Source of the DNA: Schmidtea polychroa
Taxonomy: Eukaryota
Length of the DNA: 64,000 nucleotides
Assembly (NCBI GenBank): GCA_044892525.1
Contig: CM097886.1
Span: 104,904,001-104,968,000 of the forward strand
Direction: 5' to 3'
Shown here: piece by piece, positions 11,280 to 22,200 of the stretch
How the letters are laid out: each line of letters opens with the position of its first letter
Numbering within the stretch: position 1 is the first letter of the stretch
The notes under the pieces: generated by a model
The model's database searches: none
Told to the model about the DNA's origin: nothing
What the model saw: only the letters and a program-made list of their open reading frames with translations
Made by a program: the position numbers and the translations under genes

Positions 11280-12668
11280 CTACTCAGTCCTACTCTTCCC
11301 ATCTCGCCTCACCGCTATTTTTATATATATAGTGTCGTTTCTCGTCATATCCTCTACTTTCCGCTGTAGGATGAAATTCGGTGCTCCGGTTGCTGGTCCT
11401 TCTTCTTCCAATGGCCTTTGATAACATACAAGGTTTCCTGCTGTATGGAAACTCTGTTCATGTATACTTTGATAGTTCATCATTGCGAGATCTATTTTTG
11501 CTTTGAACGGCCATTCTATTAACTCGTCGTATAGCCCTTTGCATATCAAGAAGAATATTGAGAAATGTGTTCCGTGCGCACTCCCGTCCCCATTGGGATA
11601 TGCTTTCATTTTCATCTTATATCCGTTTTTCCATGAGTAGAATGCTGGACTTAATAATGTCGTATCCTTTCCATTTCTCGCTCTCTGCATTTTCTCCTTT
11701 ACTTCCGTTATTTTCCATATGTATGGAGCCGTTGGTATCAATTCATTGAGGTTCATTTCACTTACCTTTTGGTGTAGTTCCTTCACCATTTTGTTGCTAG
11801 TTTCTACTAGATCTTTCTGTATCTTTGTACTTAGTCTTGCCTCTTCGAATGCTTCTTTCTCTTGCAATAATTCTTTTACCAACGTTTTTAGCGAAATTAT
11901 TTCCTTTTCCAAATTTTCGGTTTTCCTTTCATTTTCTTGTAATACCGTTGACCACATTTCTGCGTGTGTTGATACGTTCTCTGCTAGATGTTGGGGTAGT
12001 TCTCCTCGGTGTAGTTGTTTCTGACATCCCCATTTTCCTAACACACACATTATCTTTTTCCTTTCACATTCTTTCAGATGTTGAGCGAGTTTTATTACTC
12101 CGGTTTTATCGCATTTGTTGGGACATTCTCCTCTGAATTCTGCGCACACTTTTTCCTCTTGTACGTTATGATGTTGACTCATTAGTTGCCTCCAGGTGTC
12201 GGTTTCTCCGCAATATTCACATTTTTCTAGCCTTTCTTTGCATCGACTTTGATGTTCTGCTTCTTCACTGGCTTTAATCTCTTCTTGGCAACGTTCGCAG
12301 TGACTGACTTTATACTCACACTTCTCCATATGTTGCCTCACTTCCCATATCACTCCTCGCCAATTACATGGGGTGTTTTTACATCCTAGGTTTGCATTCA
12401 ACATATCTTTTACAGCTGCTTTATCTTCGTTTGTATCTCCCAAACTTGTTATCATTGTTTCTTTGCATACTGGGCACCATTGTGGTCCCTTCTTTATTAT
12501 TTCTTCCACACATCCTTTACACATTCTACATCCGCATCTGGTTTGGTGAGGTTCTTTTAATAATCCTTTGCATATTCCACACTTCACATGGTCATGTATT
12601 CGAATTGTGGTGGATTTTCTGACTTGTTCGACAATTTCTTTGAATTCCTCTCGTTGTCGCTTATCCAT
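11280..12668 (-). CDS. traf-like: Full-length intronless TRAF-family protein (RING - TRAF Zn fingers - coiled coil - MATH/TRAF-C)
   Basis: RING CGICKGLLKEPHQTRCGCRMCKGC...CPVC; Zn fingers C.N..C.W.G...H...C.Y; TRAF-C motifs YIWKI, SPAFYS..GYKM..KAYPNGDG..GTHFSIFF, WPF, FI. Confidence 0.95.
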   Translation of the reverse strand: MDKRQREEFKEIVEQVRKSTTIRIHDHVKCGICKGLLKEPHQTRCGCRMCKGCVEEIIKKGPQWCPVCKETMITSLGDTNEDKAAVKDMLNANLGCKNTPCNWRGVIWEVRQHMEKCEYKVSHCERCQEEIKASEEAEHQSRCKERLEKCEYCGETDTWRQLMSQHHNVQEEKVCAEFRGECPNKCDKTGVIKLAQHLKECERKKIMCVLGKWGCQKQLHRGELPQHLAENVSTHAEMWSTVLQENERKTENLEKEIISLKTLVKELLQEKEAFEEARLSTKIQKDLVETSNKMVKELHQKVSEMNLNELIPTAPYIWKITEVKEKMQRARNGKDTTLLSPAFYSWKNGYKMKMKAYPNGDGSAHGTHFSIFFLICKGLYDELIEWPFKAKIDLAMMNYQSIHEQSFHTAGNLVCYQRPLEEEGPATGAPNFILQRKVEDMTRNDTIYIKIAVRRDGKSRTE

Positions 12669-12756
12669 TTCTATAATTATATATATACATATATTCGTTA
12701 CTGGTACATTCTCGTATTTTTATTTACAATTATTTACATGTTGTTTTGGGTCATAT

Positions 12757-13140
12757 TTATTGACTGGAAGAGTCGGCCTCTTGTCCGCCCTCTTCCCTAC
12801 TGGTTAACCATTCTGACCAGTCTTCTATCTCTTCTCTTTCCATTTCTTCAGCGATTCTCATTAACTCTTCCTCCTGTCCCTGACTGTACCGCAATATTCG
12901 CTCTATTTCCCGCTGCATTTGTTCTATCTTCATTCGCTGATCTTCGATTATTCTTACATAACTGAAGCCTTTATTTAAACTTTCGACTAAGCTTCTTTGT
13001 GCAGCGAGTCCTTGTTCCTGTAAATTCGAAATCACTTGAGTTAACATTGCACATTGCTGCTTCCACATCTCCTCGGTTGTCGTACTGTGGTTTACTTCAT
13101 CGTTTATTCGCTCCATTCTTAATTTATTTACACTTTTCAA
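12757..13140 (-). CDS. Accessory small coiled-coil/acidic protein (first ATG at 13116)
   Basis: 127-aa ORF directly downstream of the polyprotein stop, with heptad pattern and acidic C-terminus. Confidence 0.55.
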   Translation of the reverse strand: MKSVNKLRMERINDEVNHSTTTEEMWKQQCAMLTQVISNLQEQGLAAQRSLVESLNKGFSYVRIIEDQRMKIEQMQREIERILRYSQGQEEELMRIAEEMEREEIEDWSEWLTSREEGGQEADSSSQ

Positions 13141-13284
13141 CCCTTATCTAATTTTAGTTTTATGTTAATTGTCCCCATCATTATATAATATTGATACCGC
13201 GCTTATATAGAGATATAGAATACTGTTATATAAATACATATAATGTACTTACTTTTTACAATCTATATACAGTCATAATCCTTT

Positions 13285-16200
13285 CTATATTTGTGAGTTT
13301 GGAGGGCGCTGAGCATTCCAGGCCTCCACCCACTGTTCCTGCTTGATATTACTTGGTCTCTTTACCTGATGTTGAAAATTTCTGATTCTGGCCATCTCCA
13401 GTTCTCCGCGATGCCGTCTATCTTTGATTATTTTTATGGTTCCCCCCATTATGATTAAAAATGCCCCTGCTATTATTATACCGCTGATCCACATCATCTG
13501 TTTCATGCTTATGATTTCCGCTTTTTCCTTGTTCGTTATTGTTGGTATTGCCTCTGTGCTTTTTAGATTACCACCTTTGTCATTTCCTTTTATCATTCCT
13601 CGTATTCTTGCTATTTCTTCGTTCATGCCTTCCTTTGCCATTTTTTGTATTTTCTCCATCTCTTCTTCTGACACGTAATTATCTTGATATTTCTCACTAG
13701 TTTTCTTGCGCTTTTCTTCCTCTTCTTTCTCATCGTTGCTTTTTCTTTTCTTCCCTCTTTTCCCAGGGTATCGTCGACATTCTCTCGCTGTATCGTTTCT
13801 CCAGATGCATACTGTGTATTCTTTTGGAGGTTGTTGCTGTGTTACATATTGTAGATAGTCTTCACCCGGTCCTAATCTTGAAATGCAGACTTTGTGTTCT
13901 TTTCTTGGCTGGAGTTGCGTTATCACTACCTCACCTCCTTTTCTCAGGTGTACCTCCTTCCCTTTGACTTTAGTTATTCTCTTCCCGTCTCGATTCCGGT
14001 ATGCTTCTTGTATTCTTACTTCCGTTATCGGTTCTGTATCTTCATTTATTAATACTAGTCTCCGATATGCTCTCGACATACATCTTCCTAGTATGCACCT
14101 TTCTTTTAGATCCCATTCTTCTTTTAAATCCCATTGTTGCTCTCGTACTTGCTTCTTCTTTTCTTGCTTTAGTTCCTTCTCCTTGTTATCTTTGTTTTCC
14201 GTTTCCTTGGCTTCTTTTATCGTTCTCATTCCACCGTGGGCTGTTATCATTTCTACCATTGTTAGTATGAGTATCATTACCATCATATTTGTCTCCATTT
14301 CCTTGTTGGTAAAAAGTAGGCATACCCTCTGTTTCCCATTATTCGTCTTTTCCTCTTCCTTTGTTCGGCTTCCCGGTTTATTTTCCTCCTTTTTTATACC
14401 TGAGTCGTTATTCCCTTGATTATTCTCCTCTGATTTCTCTTTCTCTCCATTCCCGTTTCGACCTTGTTCATTATTATCATCGTCTTTATCGTCTTTATCT
14501 CCCCCGCTGTCGTTTGAAATGTCGTCCTCGACATTTATGTCGTTCAATAATCTGCGATATGCTGTTAACACTCTATTTCTTGCTAATTTCGCTTCGAATT
14601 CGAACTCCCTTCTGCCTGTTGCTGCATGTCTCTTTCTATTCCATTCTTTTACTAATTCTCTTAATTGTATTCGACGATGTTTTCCGATTCGCTTTTGTTC
14701 GTTTTGATTTTGCGTAAATTTGAGGTCTTCTCTGTTCAATACGATCATTATGATTTTCGGAGTTCCTCCTTTTGTCAGCGTATTTTTAACCATGGCATTT
14801 TCCCCGTTTTCATAGAACTCATTTATGTTTATTGCATATGTATTACTTTGTGGTATTTTCCATGTTAGCAACAACTTCATGGCTTCTAAGTTCTTCCGTA
14901 TCGTGTTCCATTGGAACTGTGACGTGTTTTTACAGATATTTTCTACCTCAGTTCTTGTAGCATTTTTACGAATGAATCTAATCATTTCTAAGTTTGGTTG
15001 TATTGTTGCCCAATCCATGCTAGAATTTCCTTCGTTTGATATTTCGTCAAGTCTCGAACCTGATTGGTGTAGTATGTGTAAAGTTTTCGGGTGTATATTT
15101 GTTATTGCTGCATACATCATTGCTGTTTCTCCTTGTTCGTTTTTTGCATTTGATTCTTCTCCGAAGTCTCTAAGAATTCTTATGATGGTTATTGCTCTGT
15201 TTTCTTTTGCTGCTAAAATGGCTTGTTGTAATGGTGTTCTTGAATCTTTTGTTGGTAAGGTGAATGCTAGTGGTATGAATGTTTTTATTTTACCTATGTC
15301 TAGATTTGTGGTCTGATCTCTTGCGTAGGTGTGTACTGTTTTGGTTATTTTTGCTAGTATCGCTTCATCGGATAGATCTTGCATTTCTTCAAAGAATACT
15401 TCTTTAGCCTTACGTACTACTATCTCTTGGTCGGAGTTTATTGTCTTTGGTTTACTTGTTGTTGCTATATCGGTTATTGTTTGATCGACTTGTTCCTCAG
15501 ACTCTCTTGCTTTTACTTTCTTCATTTTTATCTTTTTCTTGTTCGAACTGTTAATGCGTTCCTCTGCCGTTAGAACTTGGATAATACTTAGGTAGTTTTC
15601 TCGAATGTTGTTCATAGTTTCCATCATCTGTAAAACACTCACGGTTTCCCAAAACTTTACTTGTACTTTATCGGTAAATTGAGATATGGCTTTTTCGAAG
15701 TTGGTAATTCGTTTTCTGATTAGTTGTTCGTCTTTGTGATTTGAAAACTTTATGCCACGTTGTAGTAGTTGATTTGGGATCTCGAATAGGTGATGTCCCC
15801 TCATCGCTTCTCTCATCAAGGTGTTTTCTCCTTTGGTAAATGTTTCGTTTATATCTACCATGTAATCGTTTTTGATCGGGTTTCTCCACGAAATTAGTAT
15901 TCCAGTAATTGTTATTAATTTCTCTTTGATTGCAGTTAATAACCCGTCATACATGTTTCCTATCTCCCTATTATCCTCGTATGATAATAGATCTACTAAG
16001 ATTATGAAGGCTTCCGTACTTTTCCCTTCGATTGCCTGGTGTAGTGCGTTTTTCTGGTTGTGATCTTGTGTGGTTATCTTTGACCCAGTTTCGAGTAATG
16101 CGATGATAATATCTTTAGCTTTATCCCGATTGGCTGCTATCATTAGTGGGGTGTAACCTTGGTTATTTTCTTGATCCGTCGAAATGTTACAGTCGCGGAA

Positions 16201-19200
16201 TGCTTCAATTGTCTCTAGTATTTGTTCATTATAACCAACCTTTAAAAGTTTGTGTAGTGGTGTATCTCCGTAGTGATCTGTGATTGTGAATAATATGGGC
16301 CATTGACTTTTAACTACCCTGAGCAATGGGTGTGTTCTTTCTCGGTTTGCATAGTTTTCTATCATTGTTAGCAGACCTCCCAATATTTCAAAATCTAATC
16401 TGTCTTTTGCCCATCCGGGCATTTTAGCTTTTACTTCCTTTATGATTTTGTCGGCTTCTGATGGTTGTAACCCCAATCGATTACCTGTTGGTTCGTTTAC
16501 TTGCTGTAACATATTTATTCTGTACGTTTGTGATCTTGTCGTTAATGTACGTCCTTCTGGCTGACTGGTGGCGGTTTTCGGAATTGGCTTACATCGTGCA
16601 ACATTTACGTATATTGGCCTTGTGAAGGGATTGTTCACCAATCGTACTCTTACGTTAGTTTCTCCGACGAATAAAATCTCATACGGACCTTTACCGTTTC
16701 GTTGTAATTTTTTAGTGGTTCCTGGAATTAATTCTGGGGTTTCGATCATCACCCAATCACCTGTTTGAAATGTATGTTGTTTGACGTTTTTCTTTCTATC
16801 GTGCAAGTCTTTGTAACTCTCTTGATAAAATTTTATATTCAGTCCTGCAGTTTCCCAGATTTCCTGCATTCTTTCCTTGAACTTTGTTACGTAATCGTCT
16901 ATTTCCATGTATTGTGATATCGGTGGCTGATACTCCAAATCCATTGGCATATTACATTCTCTACCGTACATCAATTTGAATGGACTCATCTTTGTGGACG
17001 CGTGAATCGACATTCTGTAAGCCATTAAACATAATTTTATATACTCGTCCCAGTCTCGTTGATGACGATCGACATAATTTGATAACATTTGAATCAATGT
17101 TCCATTGAATCTTTCTGTCATACCATTAGTTTGTGGATGATACGGTGATGTTCTTAATTTTGCAATCTTGAAGTAATTGGTTACTTCGCTCATTATTTCA
17201 CTCATGAAATTTGTCCCTTGATCAGTCAGTATCTGTTTCGGCGTTCCATACCGGCAACATATTTCCTCGACTAATATTTTCGCGATTGTTTTTGCTTTCT
17301 GGTCTGCCATAGCGAATGCTTCGGGAAATTTAGTCAGATAGTCCGTGATCACCAATATGTAAATATTCCCTCTATCTGATTCCGGAAGTGGACCGACTAC
17401 GTCCATTGATATCATTGTCATTGGTTCTGCCGGTACTGGCATTGGCTTTAACGGTGCTTTCCATTTCGTTCCCGTGTTTTTTCTGGTCGCGCAAGTTATA
17501 CAGTTCTTTACCCATTCCGTTACGTCTTCGGATAGCGTAGGCCAGAAGTATTTTTGTTTCATCCGTGCCAACGTCTTTTTTGATGACATATGTCCTCCGA
17601 GTCTTCCGTCATGATATTGCGTTAGCAAATCTTTACGTCTATTCTCGGGAATGCACATCAGCCTTTTTTCGCCATCCATTATCAACAACCAATCTTTTTC
17701 TATTATATATCGATGTCGATGTTTATCCATATGCTCTTTCAATTTTTGATCTTTCTCATATACCTCTGCTTTCCCTGTTTTTACATATTCGATTATTTGT
17801 TTCAACTCTACATCCTCTTGTTGGTCTTTCCGTAATTGACAAAAATCTAAATCTTCCGCTATCATCAGACATATTCGTTGCGTTTCGTGATCTACTAGGT
17901 CTGGAAAAATAAATCTGGACATACAATCTGCATTGGCATTTGCTCTTCCCGCTTTGAATTTTATGAACGGTGAATATTCTTGTAACTGCATTGCCCATCG
18001 CATCAACCTACTTGAAGCTTCCTTGTGCTGTCCGAGCCATACTAATGGTTGATGATCCGTTGTGATACATATTTCGTGTCCCCATAACAAATATCGAAAA
18101 TGTTTAATCGCTTGTATAATTGCTAACGCTTCTCTCTCGGTTACGGAATAGTTTTTCTCATGCTTTTTAAACGTTCTACTGTAGTATCCGATCACTCTTT
18201 CTTTTCCTTCCTCGTCGAGTTGTCCCAATATTGCTCCGGCTGCATATCCACTTGCATCTGTCGCTAACAAGAACGGTTTCTTGAAATCAGGATGTACTAG
18301 TATTGGAGCTTCAATTAATTTATCTCGTAGTGTTTCGAATGCTTTTTGCTGTTCTGCACCCCAAATAAATGAGATATCTTTTTTCACCAATTCTTGGATT
18401 GGTTTCGCAATACCTGCATAGTTTTTGATGAATTTACGATAATATCCGCATAATCCGAGAAATTCTTGAACTTGGGTGACAGTTTTTGGTGCTGGACATG
18501 TTTTTATTTTTTCTATGTTTCTGGGATCTGGTTCTTTGCCTTTTGCTGACACTATGTGTCCTAAGAACGTAACTTTTTCTTTTGCCCAATCACATTTGGA
18601 TGGTTTAAGCTTCAATTTCCATTGTCGTAATCGGATGAACACGTTTCTAATGTCTTCCAAATGTTGTTCGAAAGTTGCTGAATATATTAATAAATCATCA
18701 ATATATACCATACATTGCTTGATCCCGTGTGTGACAAAATTCATACATCTCTGAAATGATGCTGGGGCATTGGTCAGTCCAAACGGCATTTTCCTGAATT
18801 GGTATAGATCTCGGCCCAATGTGAATGCTGTTTTCTCTTTGTCTTCCTCCTTGACTTTGATCTGCCAATATCCACTTTTCAGATCTAAAGATGTAAAATA
18901 TGCGGCCCCCTGTAACATAAGTAACATCTCATTGATATCTGGTAACGGGTATGTGTCTCTTTTTGTTACTGCATTTAGTTTCCGATAATCGATACAGAAT
19001 CTCTGAGTACCGTCTTTTTTCTTCACCATGACTACTGGAAATTGCCATGGCGAACAACTTGGTTCGATCACTTGTGCATCTAGCATTTTTTGTACCTCTG
19101 CTTCGGCTATCTCTTTTTGCTTTTCTGCTAGTTTGTATGGTCGTAACGCAATTGGGGTTTCGTCTATTAATGGTATTGCGTGTAATGTAACATCGCATGC

Positions 19201-22200
19201 TCCCAAATCTAGATCCGAAATTGCGAATATATCTTTATATTCTATCAATAATTGTTGAAGTCTTTCCTTTTCTTTTTCCGTTAGCAAGGTGCTATCAATT
19301 ATCCATAATTCGTCAGCTTTCGTTGTTTCGTTGGTGATTTTTGGTAATTCGATGTCTATCATGGGTGTCAATCTACCCAATCTTTCATTTTCATATATGA
19401 TCTTGTCTTCTTCCTCGAAATTTGTGATGTTAATTGGTATTTCCCCTTCTTCATTTATTGTTATTATTTCTCTTGCTAATGGTAATTCTCGTCGTTTTTC
19501 GAATGATTTGCTTGGCTCGAAGATGGCTTCTCCTTCCATTCCTGTATCCACTTTTATTTGACATATCATTTGTGATTTTGCTGGTACAATTATTTTCTCC
19601 GGACATCTAATTATTGCGTTCATCTTGCATATTCTACCCATTTTATCTTTTAGACACATGGTTGTTAAATCGATTACTACTTCCTTGAACAATTCCGGCA
19701 TTAAATCCGTTCCGATTATACATGGTTCACTCAGTTTGGGTATTACTGCTAGATACGTTTCAATTTCATTATCTTGATATCGTAACGTAGTCCACCATCT
19801 TCCTACTACGTCTACGGTTTCTTTACTGCAGGCAATAATATGGATAGTTGTTTGTTCGATGTCTTTCCAACATTTACTGGGTATTTGGTTTATTGCTATT
19901 GCTGATACGTTTGCTCCGGTATCTATCATTGCGCTTGTCTCTTTCCCATTGATTTGGATCATGACTGTTACTGCCGCGCCTCCTGGTGAACTCATTACTG
20001 CTATGGTTCTTACGTCATCAGCTTGATCTACACTTTTCGTTCTTCGGGTTGGCATATAGTTCATTCCTGGTTGACTTGGTAACTGTGGATACATATTTTG
20101 TGTCATGGTCAAAGCTGTTTGTTGTCCAATGATATCTGGTGGTATATAACTTGCGTTGGCTATCCAGGTATTTGTTTTTTCTTTCTCCCAATATGGCGCT
20201 GTTTCTATTGGCTTTTCATTCGGGTTTCTACTTGGATATGGATATTTGTCATTCCCATTGTCGTCATCATCACTATCGCTGCTGTTTGATCGATTCCTAA
20301 ATCTGTCTAAGAATTTTGGTTTGTTCTTCTTTAATTGCGCTCTCGTTGCTTCATCATACATCGTTTTCCGAAATCGTCTGCCAACTTCCTCATCTGTCCC
20401 TTTTATTTTTGTCAGTATTTTGATTAATCGTTTTATTCTGTGTATATCTTTAGAATGACCGTGCAACACCATTGTTTTTGCCAAAAATGGTAGAAAACCT
20501 ACTATCAACTTCCAATTTACTTTCTTTTCTCTCTTATAGATATCAAAACACGCTAACATTTGAGTTAATATTACTCTGACAATCTGAATAATTAAGATGA
20601 TTCCTAATATTCCTGCCATCATTTGACCGAACACTAGAAATCTTCCCCACATTGCTTTCATCATGTTTGACGTGGCTTGTTGGAAATGATCCGGTGATAA
20701 TAATAGTTCATAGTTGGGACTTGATTGGAAATTCGTTCCCCCAGTTATGGTAACCATATTTGATAAAATGGATTCCCGTCTTGCTGGGAATAATACGTTT
20801 AATCGTGCCGTTTCTAAATCCTCTGGTGAGTACATACCAGCCTTTGACACATCAATTGGTTTGAAATCCTGTTCTGTTGCAAGCTCTATTAATCCAAACT
20901 TTTTAGGTTCTTGCACTTCTACTTTTAACGGTAACATTATCCATTTCCCATCGGGTTTTTTATATAATGGCCCGTATGCATTTGAACAGTTAAAGGTGTT
21001 CGGATAAAATCCAATTGGGTTCATAATTCTGGTGACGGGTTGAACGAATCTGTTCCGCCCTTTGTAACTAATTTCTAATTCGTTTGCACATTTCCCTGGT
21101 GGAATTGTGGGTTTTCTTGGCAGTCGTGCAAATGTCTTGGTACATGCATATGTATACATTACCTCTCCCACCATTCTGCCAAAATGTCCATCCGGTAACG
21201 GGAGTGATGGCATTGTGTTATCTGGGTGTGTTATTGCGATGGCTAATTTTGTTTTTAGTATTTCTTTATTCAATGAACAGTCATTTTGTATAAGATCGTA
21301 ATATACTTTTTGCATTGTCGTTTGTCCTCGGTGGAACAAGAAGTCCATCTTATTATTGGCATACAGGTACAATTTTATGTCCTCCGTTGCTACCTTTCCC
21401 ACTGCTCGGTCTATTACTTGCCTTGACATGTAGATACCTGCGTAGTTCGTTCGATATACTATACTGTCACATTTGGTGGTCTCTTTCTCTCTGATAAATC
21501 TCATACCGATATCTGGGTCATCTGTAATTAATGCCGTTGGTGTTTTTTGGGTTGTGAGTCTCTTTTCTTTGGGGGATGGCGGAACTGGTTTCCCATTTCG
21601 CATCCTTACGTTTCCATTCTCTTCATCGTCATCTTCGTTTTCATAAATTTCTCCTTTTACTTCATTGAACAAAGCACTTTTTAACAATTGGAGTCGGCAT
21701 TTTTGGGTGTTGGCTTCATATATTATAGTCGAAATTCCCGTTCTACACACGTTTTCCGTAGCTCTGCATGCTGGGTTGGTTTTCATTTGATAATTATTTG
21801 CGTCGAATTGCGCTTCGTACTCCTTCAACTCCACTGTGTAGGACTCAATTACTACTACCCCGGATATTACCTCCCCTCTGATCGTATATGTGCCTCCGTT
21901 ACAGGATCCATCGGTTGATTTTACTCGTCCGGCTACATAGATACTTTCCGTCTTGATCATTCCGCTTTGTCCGTGTATTGTCACTCCATCCCGGATTCTC
22001 ATTGCTCCGGTTCTAAAAAGCTCTTTGCAGTCTTCTCGTTGTATAGGTACTATTTCTTTATCTAATCCGGGTAGTATGAGAGTTGAATAAGAATATTGTC
22101 CACAATAATATGCCAACACTTTCTTTGATATTACGCATTCTCTAGCTTGTGTTCGGATAAAATCTGATTCTTGATATACGTGATAGGAAACTTTCTTCTT

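Noticed and set aside
19330-19620. dUTPase-like beta-rich region after the protease
   Set aside because: None of the five dUTPase motifs is recognisable; a common Gypsy spacer domain.
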